From assembly GCA_030704615.1 (NCBI GenBank), contig CM060731.1:50158001-50222000 (forward strand): a stretch of 64,000 bases of DNA. The letters are read 5' to 3'. Numbering within the stretch: position 1 is the first letter of the stretch; each line of letters begins with the position of its first letter. The translations under genes were made by a program, and so were the position numbers. The stretch comes from Takakia lepidozioides (lineage: Eukaryota; Plantae; Bryophyta). Positions 24,301 to 36,370 of this stretch are shown piece after piece. The notes below the pieces were generated by a model. It worked only from the letters and a program-made list of their open reading frames with translations. It ran no database searches and was not told the origin of the DNA.

Positions 24301-27300
24301 ACTTCACCGTGACATGTCCGTGAACACCTTCACTGGGTTGGAACCAACATAGTGGCGCCAAAGCTCAAAGACAATGTACCACCGCCTTCATCTCTTTCTC
24401 ATGCGTCGCCACCGTCGCTCCACTTCATTTAGTTTCTTACTTTCAAGCCACTGGACGTCCATCTTGCATCAGTACACCCCCAATTGCGAAGTCCGACGCA
24501 TCTGTATGTTCTCTCGAACGGACGATCGAATTCTGGGATTTTTTCAGACTGGAGCTCCGCCATCCGCTGCTTCAATTCATTCAGCAAAAGCTTGGCCACA
24601 AAAGGTGTTCCATGCCCAGACTTTAGATTTACACAGAAGGTCTAACAGCGGACCCGCGATTTTGGCGAAATTATCTCACATACTTCCGTTAATAGGAGGC
24701 GAGTCCTAGGAAGGATCGCGCACTCCCGGGGACCGAAGTTGGGCTCCCAGTCCAAAATTGCCCTCACCTTTCTGTCATCCATTTTGATCCCATCCTATGT
24801 AATCACATGCCCCAAGAACTCCACTTTCGTGATCCCGAATTCGCACTTTGAAGCTTTGGCATACAGCTTCCCTTCCCGCAATTTCTGGAACACCCTTTTG
24901 AGGTGCTCCTCCTTTGTTTTCGAATACACCAAGATGGTCGTCGATGTACACGATCACAAAGTCATCCAACCACTCCTGGAAAAGGCTGTTCATCAGCGTG
25001 TTAAATGTCGCTGGTGCATTGGTGAGCCCAAAAGGCATCACCAAGAACCATATGAACCATACCTTGTCCTGCACGCGGTCTTCTCCTCATCTCCTTCCGC
25101 CACCACCCACGAATTTGATGATAGCCGGCGCGCAAGTCGATCCGGCTGAAATACTTCGCTCCTGCCAACCGATCAAAGAGGTCGTCGATCCTTGGCAAAG
25201 GGTACCGGTTTTTGATAGTCACCTTATTCAGAGCCCTGTAATCGACACACATCCGCAGCGTCCCATCCTTTTTATCTGCAAATAGCACCGGGGCTCCGTA
25301 ATTTGACATACTCGGCCGGATGTCCCCTTTGACATAGATCTTTGAGCTGAGTCTCTTCAGCTCGACCAACTCTCTGTGGCTCAAACCGGTAGGGCGCCTT
25401 GGCAGGCGGTTTCCGATCCCGGTATCACCCCTCAATCTTGTGGTCAACCTCTCTTCGCGGTGGCAACCACTTGTAATCCTTCCTCCGTCATCATATCATG
25501 GTATTTCTCCAAATCCCCTTGATCCAATCTGGGCTCGGCTCCCCCTCGCCTTCTCCTTTCACTTCCCTTTCCCTAATGTAAATCAAAAACTGGGGCTCGT
25601 GTGCCCCTCCCCCGGCCCACTCCCTTGCTGACAGAAGGTTTATTCGCCCTCCTCCACCCACGGATTTGGGCGGTTCCTACACTCGTAAGACCTCGCCACC
25701 ATTCCCACATGGCAGCGTGACTACTCCTTGCGGCCATCTATTACCGCTCTTGACTTGCTCAAAAAGGTCCATCCCAAAATGAGATCCTCCAATCGATCTC
25801 GCAGATTGTGAAGGTTCTCACGTCCCTCCCACCCCCAGTTGAAGAGGAACATCAAACGCCAACCTTGTCGCCAACTGTGGTTTCTCCTTTGGCAGAACGC
25901 ACCTCAATAGAGGCCCCCACGTCACTTGTCGGGAGTCCCAACTTTCACGCCGCGCGCCGCGTCCATGAAGGAGTGCGACGCTCCTGTGTCCACCAGCAAC
26001 GACACGTTAGTTCCGGATATTATCCCATCCACGAACAATAACTGACTCCCTTTACGTAGGTGCCAGTTTCCTGATACAACTCAAAAATAGTTGCCTACCT
26101 TTGCAAATCCTGGCGACCACCGCTTCCACCTAGCGACTGATGGTATTTTCCGACAGCTCCGTGGTTGCCCCGAATCATGTTCAATTGTCGAGGTTTCGTG
26201 CACTTCTTGGCCATGTGCCCGGGCTCCCCGCAATTGAACACAACTCCATCAAAGGTCGCCTTCTGTCCGCCATAAGCCGCTCCACCCGCTTTTCCTTTGA
26301 AGCACCGGGTGCCGCCTTGACGTGTGAAGACCCCTCCCTTCGCTTTCCACGTGCCATTGTCGCCGCGTGGCCTATCCCACTTCTTTTCCGGTCGGAAGGA
26401 GTCACCTTCCCGCCGGGTCTTCTTGTGGTTCAGCTCCGTACGGCCTTGTCTCTCACCCCTAGGACATCCGAGAAACATTCAGCCCTCTCAATTGCCTCGT
26501 TCAAAGTCTTGGGTGGCTTCTCCTCCAACTTCCGCCTGCCCATGGGGCCAGTCCCGCCACAAAGTTGAAGACCATTTCTGGTTCTGCCATGTCCGCGACT
26601 TCGAGCAACAGCACATTGAAGCCTGGACATACCCCCGAATGTCATCTGTTTGCTTCAAATTCCTCATCTTGTCCCGGGCAAGCCAGGACGCGTTGAGTGG
26701 GCACAAACTGTCTTTCATCAATTCCTTGAACCCACTCCTGTTCAAGGTTTCCGGGGCTTGGACCTCTCGGTTTTGCGTTTCTTCTGCCACCATTGTTGAG
26801 CATAGCCCCTCAAATAGGTGGGAGCCACTTCCACCCGATCCTCGTCACTCTCAACTTGGCCGCCCGGAAGTACTGCTCTAGCTCCAGGAGCCAGGTGTTG
26901 AGTGCCTTCCGATTTCGAACGCCCTCAAGGTGCCGGTTTCCTTAGGCTTCACCTTAAACTTTGCCTTAGTGGAAGTGGCATTAGCCGCCTTCAACACGTC
27001 TTTCAACGTCCCGCCAAACTGCGCCGACAACCCTTCCCAAAAGGCTGTCGGCATGGGAGGCATCTCTTGGTTTGTCGGAGCTCTCACGATTCCTCGGGCT
27101 CCGACTCCTCGGATTCCTCCCGCTCTTGAGCGGCCCTCGTTTTCAAACATGCATCGCTTCCTCAAACGGCCGCCTCGGTGACACGTCGCCCCATCGGGCT
27201 CACCAGGATCATCATCTTTTGGGCCGTTCCGCTTTCGCTTTGGCTTGCCCGACCCATGATGAGGCCAATCCCAAGGACGATCGCGTATTGAACTCTAGGC

Positions 27301-28041
27301 TCTGATACCAAGTGTCGCGCACCTCACTTTGGTAAGCTCCCCTTCAAGTCATAGTTACTCGCTTTGATGCGCGCGCCTGACTCCCAACCTGGCCGCCGGG
27401 CCAACTTGGAGCTTCGGCTGCTCACCGGGACATAACGGTCCTCCTTTGCTCCCCACTAAACCCTCCACCTATTTGGGCCTAGTGGAATTCCCTTTTGGTA
27501 GATGGCAGTCTGGAACAGCTCCCCACTCTTTGGTCGCTTTCCGGCTCGCTCGCTTACTCACTAGTTTTTGGTCACCAACGGGCTTGCACCGTTCTCGGGG
27601 TCACTACTCCCCTTATATATACTTCTGTAGCTGTCCGCGGGGTTTTCACAACCAGCCATGCCATTTTATGGCGAACCACCACGAAAACCCTCGACTCCCG
27701 GTGATGAGTCGCGGTGAGTCTTGGCCCACTCACCACGGCCCCTATGGACCGTGATGAGTCCCAAGACTCCCCACGACTCCCACCACGAGGTCTCCGCCCC
27801 CATGGTGAGTCCTATGTCACCCCACTAAGTCCGCTAAGCTACCACCACCACTTTGTGGAGCCACCCCCCACCGCAACCCGGTGTGCGGGGCTCCACCTAG
27901 AGCGTCTCCGCCTCCTTGGGCACTCAAGGGTGCTTCAAGCCCCCGTACCTATCGCTGCCGGCTGCCCCCCACCACAGGGGCAGCCCCTCATGTGTCCCGA
28001 CCCCCCCCCCCCCCCCCCCGCCTCAAGGCAAAGGGCCGACA
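21378..28041 (-). mobile_element. Ty3/gypsy chromovirus LTR retrotransposon with both LTRs, frameshifted
   Basis: LTRs 21378-22093 and 27313-28041 (TGTCG...CGACA). 5-bp TSD CCTTT at 21373-21377 and 28042-28046. tRNA-iMet primer-binding site at 27299-27310. Short purine tract next to 22094. Confidence 0.95.
22943..27165 (-). pseudogene. gag-pol of the chromovirus (gag CCHC, protease, RT, RNase H, integrase, chromodomain)
   Basis: FNCGEPGHMAKKC; LLVDTGASHSF; [12 protein letters not shown]...YPLPRIDDL; [12 protein letters not shown]; VYIDD; HPVFHVS; chromodomain EYEVEVILKSR...EYLVKWKGY..EASW. Confidence 0.92.
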
Positions 28042-28419
28042 CCTTTACTCTTCTCATGCAATTTCTCCTGAATTCCTACCTGAGCAAGCTCTGCCGCTTT
28101 CCTGGAGTTCGCAAGCGCTTTTGCCTCTTTTGCACCCAACGGAGGCAGCGGAGCCCGGTTTCGTCGGAATTCAGCATCCAGCTTCAATTGAAACTCATGG
28201 GTCGAGCGAGCCAGGCGGAAGGTCCACATACCAAGGGCAATCACGCAAATGTTCCAGATGCCACTCCTTCACAATATCGTCAGTGTACATGGAGTCAGCC
28301 CCAGGGTTCCTCCATGCCAGGAAGAATGGTGGCTCGAAAGACAGATGACCTTTCTCCAAAAGGGAGAACTTGCAGTACCTGCATTCATAAAAAACACAAT
28401 GAGGTCCCTGAAATGCATA

Positions 28420-29535
28420 TTCGGCACCATTTTCCCAGGGGCGGATGTGAGTGGGCCTAGAAATGGAAAAATGGCGCCGAATTTCGGTTTTCGGTGATTG
28501 CCACCCTAGGGACTTAGCCATCTTGGGAGCCCTGAACAGGAAATTCGGCGCCATTTTTCCCGGTTTGGCCCGAAGATGGCTAAGTCCCAGAACCGCAATA
28601 GGGCCTAGAACTGGAAAAATGGCGCCGAATTTCCAGTTCAACGTCGCCTTAAAACGGTTTGTGGCCTCGATGCATGGATGAATGAAAGGCGGGATGTTTG
28701 TCCCAACGGTTCGCTAAGGACCCCTAAATTTATGTAGGTACAATCAATGATACGGACTTCAGTAATGAATGGACTCCACTATTTCGTCCAGAGCGTTACG
28801 GCGCGGCAATTCGACGCCTTCATAAAATGAACACCTTGGAATGATTGTGGGTTCCCGTGACGCACCCTAAGGACTTAGCCCGAAAATGGCTAAGTCCCTG
28901 AACGGCAATAGGGCCTAGAACTGGAAAATGGCGCCGAATTTCTAGTTCAGGGCCAGCCACCCTAGGGACTTAGCCCGAAAATGGCTACGTCCCTGAACGG
29001 CAATAGGGCCTAGAACTGGAAAATGGCGCCGAATTTCCACTTCAGGGCCAGCCACCCTAGGGACTTAGCCCCAAAATGGCTAAGTCCCTGAACGGCAATA
29101 GGGCCTGGAACTGGAAAATGGCGCCGAATTTCCAGTTGAGGGCCAGCCAGTCTAGGGACTGCCCGAAAATGGCTAAGTCCCTGAACGGCAATAGGGCCTA
29201 GAACTGGAAAATGGCGCCGAATTTCCACTTCAGGGCCAGCCACCCTAGGGACTTATCCCGAAAATGGCTAAGTCCCTGAACGGCAATAGGGCCTGGAACT
29301 GGAAAATGGCGCCGAATTCCAGTTCAGGGCCAGTCTAGGGACTTAGCCCGAAAATTGCTAAGTCCCTGAACGGCAATAGGGCCTAGAACTGGAAAATGGC
29401 GCCGAATTTCCAGTTCCGGGCCAGCCAGTCTAGGGCCGGCCAAGTCCTTGAACGGGGCCTCTGGAAAATTTCCAGTTAGCCAGTCTTTAGCCATTTTCGG
29501 AGCCCTGACTGGAAATTCGGCGCCATTTTCCCTAA
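28420..29535. repeat. Intronic tandem array in copy B (~95-bp unit carrying the GGCGCC quasi-palindrome)
   Basis: GGACTTAGCC at 28871, 28966, 29061 and onward. Each unit has CTGGAAAATGGCGCCGAATTTCCA. Confidence 0.9.
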
Positions 29536-32500
29536 CACCACATGAGGCCTCTAACATCCTGAAATGCAAGGACTTGAAAGAAAGGCAGCGCGTATGTACC
29601 TGTACAGAAGGCGCATTGCTGCTTTGTCCGCGTTCGGCTGGTCGGTGAACTCGTGGCTCCGGCGAGCATCTGCTATCTCCCGAAAGAATAGGTTGGTTTT
29701 GTAGAGCAGAAAGTACCTCGTCACATAGTCACGTAGGCTCTCTGCTGCAGGAGATATCTCCATCTTGAACTGATGTGCTTGTGTGTCCAGCTGCTCTTGC
29801 GCATTCGTCGTCACCTGTGGAGATTCTCCATCAGATCGCTTTCCTGAAAAATACAATGAATCCACCCCCTACTAGAGTAGAAGCCCCAAACGAAGCGTGG
29901 GGAAGTACCTGAAACCACCATGTCATGCGGTTCATCCACATGTCGAATGTGGGGTCAGAGAGTTTGTCCGGTTTGGGGAAGCTCCACATGTCCCTGGTAC
30001 TTTGGGAACCATTCCAGATTTGGAGCCACCGGGTCTGTCCAACCACCCAGCATATTCGTAAGCGCCAAACACCACAAAAAGGAGTTGTTGCCACCACAAT
30101 TTGGTTAAGAATGTATCACCTTTTCTGTTGCATCCACACAGGATGTGGCTAGACGATGGAGCTTCTCCAATGTCATCGTGGGCTTCAGAGCGCGAGAGTA
30201 GTGCTTCCCCCCCCTCCACCAGAAAGTCACAAGGGCGGGATCAGCTATGGCCACGTACTTTACCATCCGCGACTTGTACTTTATGCGGGCCCTCACCTCC
30301 GCAGCTTTGACATACGATTCGAGTTCCGGGAGGGTTGGATTCTTCTCCTCTGACTCCATGTAGAACCTCCGCGCATGTGCCAAATCCTGCTGTATTTTCG
30401 TCTGTCAAGAATGCGCACATAAGATTAGAGATCCTGCTCAACACAATTTCTTCTATTGGGGAGGAGATTAGAAATTGAAGACTTTTCTTCTATTGGGGGA
30501 GGAGAGACAGATTAGCTCAACAAAACTGTCAGGAGCTTTACCCGAAATATGTAGTCCACCATGGCGTCGACGCTCAGCCTATACCAGGTTCTGTCTGCCT
30601 TTGCCTCCGACTTGCGCAGGAGGTCGGCACTGAGGGAATTGGCAAACTCTTGCACCCCCTGCTTCCCGACATCCTTCACTCGGAAGAGCATATGGGACAA
30701 GTTGGTGGCAATGAAGGCATTCTCAGTCACCCTGCAGTGCCACATTTCCATCAAACAATACTGAAATGGGAATTTTCATCATATATGAGGATTCGCAATG
30801 AAATGACTTCCAAATTCAAAGTCCAAAAGCGAGAGGCGTTGTAACTTACGAGTTGATGTCCGCCATTGCAGCTTTGAGAAGACTGCGATCTTTGGGCCCC
30901 GCAACCTTCAGCACAACACAATCCACGGCGAATGCCAATCGAGGTCGTTGGGGTGGGCTTGGGCAATGTGCTCCATCCATGCCAGGAGGCGATGATTGCC
31001 GTCCCACACGTAGAACATCTTACCGGACAAGTGCTGGAAAAGAGGATCACTAGCAATCGATCTCTCGAACTCCTCATTTCGCGTTTGCCAATGGGGACCC
31101 CATTTGTCCACCTCATCGGAAGTGTGGGCACGGGAAGCTCCGTGGTCGTTCTCAATGGAAACGTAAAACGCGGCAGACCCCATTCGATATCCATCCCGGA
31201 AAGAGAATTTCAGCTTGTCGATATCGCCTGGGAGGGCAGGTCTCACCACCTGCAATGACACCAAGCGGCAAAGGGGAATTCGAAGCTTGGCCGGGTACAC
31301 CATGCCCCCCAGCACCCTGCCAATGTTGCTGTGGGTTGCCTCCAACATCTTGGCAGCGGCCAACTTCATATCCGCCTCAGACATGACGTCTGCTGCAGAG
31401 GGGTTTTCCGGCAGCCCACCAGGACCGCCAAATCCAGCCTGTATGCTCCGGGTTTGGGGCCTGGGAATGTCCGGGAGGATGTCATCCTGGTCAGAAAGCT
31501 CCTGTCGTCCTCCTCAACAGGGTCAGCCACCTGCGAAACCACCTCCAGCACTCTCCCCGTCTCTACTGCCCTCTCCCTGGCTTCACCTCGAACTTGCACA
31601 ATCCGCTCTTCTGGTGTTCTTTCCTCTCCTCCACTCTCCACCGTATGGGTAATTGCAGGGGGCTGCTCTTGCCCGCGATGGTCTAACCGGTGTGTTACTG
31701 CCTCTTTGGGTGTCTTGGAGGGATCCACCGTCTCTGTGCGTCCCTCGCTTACATTGGCATCTGTCATTTGGGCACCCCTGGCCTCTTCAGTGCCTTTTCT
31801 CTTTCCTCCTGGCTAGCATTCTGTCGTCTGTTCTTTTGCCCTCTCTTTTGCCCTCTCACGGGCTTTCTGTTTCTTACTAGGGCTAGCAGCAGGGGAGCCC
31901 TCCAGGACGACCACCTTTGATTGAGGCGAACTGACACCCTCGCGCGCACTGCTCACTCCCCTCCGCAGCCCGTGACGGCTCTCTCGCCGGGGATTGCATG
32001 TGCTTAGCTTTCTTCTTTTTCTTTGCGTGGGCGGGCCCTACTGCATGTGCATGAACAACCTCCATTGCCGGATCTGCTGTCCTCATGTCCTCACGCCCTT
32101 CACCTGCCATGCCGCCTGCACCAACCTCCCCAATGCCTATTCTGTCGTCGTACTCTCGTTGCAAGTCCTCCCGTCCACCAACAAAAGGTTTAAGTTTGCC
32201 CTCTCGCCCCAAGTTGGGCGATTCAAACATGCGATGAGTTGGAGCTGTCGATGATACCACCAGCGTGCCGGGCTCGTCGTCACTCTGTCATTCCCAAAAA
32301 TCGTGAGAACCAACATCGGTGCAAAACCAGCATCGCAACGAGCAGCGCAACCACCATAGCAACAATCGTGTAACAAAAATGAAAACATAACAAGTTTAGG
32401 AAGTATGGAGAGCCATGCAACAACAATGAAAACAAATGCAACCATTGCCTGAGAATGACATGCACAAGCAGCCTTCTCCAGAGCTGCCGGATTTGCACAC

Positions 32501-33019
32501 GCATTGCAAACAATCTAAGGTTCACTCAACTATCTAAGGTTCACTCATCCAGCGAAGCCAGGATGAAGATGCAAAAACAAAGCGAGGCAACAAAGCGAAA
32601 GCGAAAGCGAACAAAGCGAAAGCAGAAGTGGCTTGCCTGAGAGTACTCGGCTTCAGTTGGCGCGGGTTGTGAGCAAGACACTGGAATCTCCTGCTGGAGC
32701 TTCAGTTTGGCCATGCGAGAGATTGGCCGTCGTCCGTAGTACAGAGCTTTCAACTTCCGCCGCGGTCTGGATGTGAGGTCTCTCTCAGGAGAGCCACGCC
32801 CTTCAGGCGGCATAAGTCCCAGCCAAAATGGAAAAAGATCTCTTTTTGGGGTACATGCCTCGAATAGCATGTTAAGCCAAGATTAGCATCAGATTTAGGG
32901 TACGTATCCAGGAAGCCATGTGTCGCCAGCCCGAATGAAAACGACGGCGGTGGACATTTATGCCCAACTGCGCAATTAAATGTCGGATGAAGCCCTCCAC
33001 GTCGGATGAAATCGACGGA

Positions 33020-34650
33020 ACTCGGCCCGGAATTTCCAACGTAGAGGTAATTCGAGCGCTGCACTGGAAATCCGGCGCCGGATTTCCATCCTGCAGGTAA
33101 TTCGGAGCGCAGCAGATGGAAATTCTGCGCCGAATTTCCATCCTGCAAGGTAGGGCGGCGCGCGAAATTTCCCTCACGCAGGTAATTCTGAAGCGGATGG
33201 ATGGAAATCCGGCGGATTTCCATCCGCGCAGGTAGGGCGTGCCAAATTTCCCTCACGCAGGTAATTCGGAGGCGGATGGATGGAAATCCGGCGCCGGATT
33301 TCTATCCGCAAGGTTGGTCGGAGAGCGGACGATGGATGGAGATCCGACGCCGAATTTCCATCCTGCAGGTAATTAACCCGGATGGATGGAAATCCGACGC
33401 GAATTTCATCCAACAGATAAGTCGGATCCCTGGCGTATGGATTTCGGCGCCGAATTTTCCATTCGCCAGGTATTTCGAAGCGCTGATTACCTTCCAGGTA
33501 GGTAATTCTGAGCGTTTCCGATTGATTTTCGAAGAAAAACAAAACCTAACTGCTTGTTTGTGGCTGAAGTGCACTTGTAGACACGTTTTTCTTGGAATCC
33601 TTGACTGCTAGAGGCAAATCGGAATAGCCTCGGACGGAAATTCAGCGCCGTTTTTCCATTATGGGAGGTTTTTACGACTTCCTTTGAGGGGGACGATGGA
33701 AATTCGGGCCGAATTTCCATCCGGGGGATGGTCTCTGTCGGAGAGGTGCCGACCTCTCCGCCGCTTGTTGGATATTCGGTGCCGAATTTCCGTCCGGGGG
33801 TTTGAAATATGATGGCCAGGTGCCAAGCTCTCCCCCTCCATGACTGCATTGGAATGGCCCCGGATGGAAATTCGGCGCCGTTTTCCATCTGGAGGTTTTT
33901 ATGTCGCCAGCTTTTGGCCTGAACCCCGACACGGACTTCCTTTGGGGGGGCCCGGATGGAAATTCGGCGCCGAATCTCCATATAGGGGATGCTCTCTGTC
34001 GAACACGTGCCGGCCTCTACGCCCGAGGCGACTTCATCCGGGCGTCCCCTGTTGGATATTCCGTGCCGAATTTCCGTCGGGGGTTGAAATGTGACAGCCA
34101 GGTGCCGGCCTCTCCCCCTCCCCCCCGACTGCAGCGAACCGCCCCGGATGAAAATTCGGCGCCGTTTTCCATCTGGGGATATTTTTATGCCGGCCAGTTT
34201 TCGGCCTGACCCCCGACACGACTTCCTTTGGGGGGGCCCGGATGGAAATTCGGCGCGCGAATGTCCATCCAGGGGATGTTCTCTGTCGCACACGCGCCGG
34301 CCTCTGCGCCCGAGGCGACTTATCCGGGCTTCCCCTGTTGTATATTCGGTGCCGAATTTCCGTCCGGGGGTTGTAATGTGAGGGCCAGATGGCGGCCTTT
34401 CCCCCGAGCTGACTGCATCCGAAAGGCCTCGGAGGAAAATTCGGCGCCGTTTTCCATCCGCGGAGGTTTTTAGGTCGGCCAGTTTTCGGCCTGACCCCCG
34501 ACAGGACTTCCTTGGGTGGATCCGAATGGGAAATTCGGCGCTGACTTCCATCCGGGGATTTCTGTCGGATAGGTGCCGGCATCTCTGCCCCAGACGACTT
34601 CATCCGTGCGGCCCATGTTGGGTATTGGGTGCCGAATTTCCATTCGGGGG
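33020..34650. repeat. Intergenic motif arrays of copy B
   Basis: Many degenerate copies of GATGGAAATTCGGCGCCG(T/A)TTTCCATC in tandem units related to the 96-bp unit of copy A. Confidence 0.85.
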
Positions 34651-36370
34651 TAGTTGTTAGAGGACTGTCGGGGACTTAGACACTTATACGGGATCTGTAG
34701 GGTACCCTTAATTTTTGCACAGACTGAGACCAACAGGAGCCTTAGGGGTGACAGCAGCGCACTGTAGAGGGGGGTTACACAGCCCGCCCGTAGCCGTCAC
34801 AGTCGTCACAGCACAGACACACACAGCACAGCCCGTCACAACACACAACACAGCCAACACAGCCCGTCACAGTCGTCACAACACAGCCGACACAGCCCAC
34901 ACAGCCAGTCACAGCCGACACAGCCAACACAACACACACACAGTTCACACAGCCAGTCACAGCTTGACACAGCTGTCACGATCATAGGGAACGAAGAGTA
35001 GGACAGGGAACGACTGTGGGGAACAACACCTGCGAAGGGAACATGTTAGTTCACAGACGACGGTTAGTGAGGGAAACGGTTAGAACCGCGGATAGGAAGA
35101 TAAAGGGGAGAAACGGGGAATTGAGGATCATATTCGGAGGAGGACTTCTTGGTCATGGAGGAGAGGGGATCGGGCAGAGATGAAGAACGAAGTGAAGATA
35201 GAGAGATGAGGAGTAGATGCTTGATATGCAAGCTGTGTAATGATATGTAGAGGAGATTAGAGACACAATGGCTTCGGCCTGATACCTGATAAATCATAAT
35301 CTGATACTTTACGATACAATCACACTGTGTAGAGAGATCTGAGTGAAGCTGTGTGAATGAATGGATGAGTGAGGAATCCAATAGATTGAGCAAACTGATA
35401 CTTAATTATCAATGGTAAGGTAGCTAACATGAATGCCAAAGGGAAACAAATAGGAAACACCCCCATGATACACTAGCTGTAGGTCATGACTGATTGTTCT
35501 GCGCGGGCTGAGTACTTAGAGATTTCCAACTCTTCTATCTTGGAGTTTCCGCCTCGGATAGCGAAGGGATGGGTGAGTAAAAGCCGCGCGACATTTGGCG
35601 ACCATACTGGGGACCTGGGACATGAACAACCAGATGTGACAGGCATCTGGTGGGATCATGGTGGTTGGACCATTAAAGAATTTGAAGTGAATCAAATTCC
35701 CTGTGGAACGAAGGAAGAAAGATTGTCCAAAACAATTCTTTCAAAGGTTCTTGGAATTGCCAGACGGTTGTAAAGAAAATATTCTTAAACGAGTGCATGA
35801 TGCTGATCCAGAATGGGGTCTGGAGAAAGGAGTGATAAAGATTTATCAGGTAGCCTGTAGAGGAAGAGCACGTTGGTTACCAACATTGGTTTATGTGATA
35901 GCATTGCTATCCATTAAACGAGTAGAGTTTGAAGGCTGGGAAGAAAGAAAGGTGAATGTTTATACTCATATGCATGAAGAGCTTGTACTGGTAAAAATTG
36001 GATTCCAAAGGATTTTGTGGATCAAACTCACACCAAGAACAGCTTTTCAGACTTGTTTGCCATATGGTTATATGGTAACGGAGACTTCAAGTATAGCCAA
36101 GGGTGCATTGAAGCTTGAAAAAAACCCAGGCATATACGAGAGATATTACAGAAGAGAGTTTTGGTTATTGCCACATTAAAAGAAATGAAAGACATGGGAC
36201 ATGAGTGATGATGAAAGAGAAGCTAGACGAAAGAGATATTCAGCAAAAGAGAAAGCTATCTGAAAGCTTATCCATATCTTTGGGAGAGAGGAATAGACAT
36301 AGGGGAATCATCTGGACCTCTCACACCATTAAGATCAAAGAGTGCATCACCTATACCGGAAGAACTAGAG

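Larger units (their letters stand above)
19363..32065 (-). pseudogene. ParB-like plus DNA methyltransferase-like gene, copy B, split by the chromovirus
   Basis: Intact FYVWDGNHRLLAW (~30980-31020), DMILLDIPD (~20831-20857), RILDLTCGTG (~20234-20262). Intron positions match copy A. Confidence 0.75.

Noticed and set aside
22943-27165. Dense frameshifts in the LTR element ORFs read as great age or programmed frameshifting
   Set aside because: LTR pairs are very similar and differ largely by small indels, so uncorrected long-read errors are at least as likely.
28860-29430. CRISPR-like appearance of the palindromic arrays
   Set aside because: The spacers are near-identical rather than unique, there are no cas genes, and the context is a eukaryotic intron.
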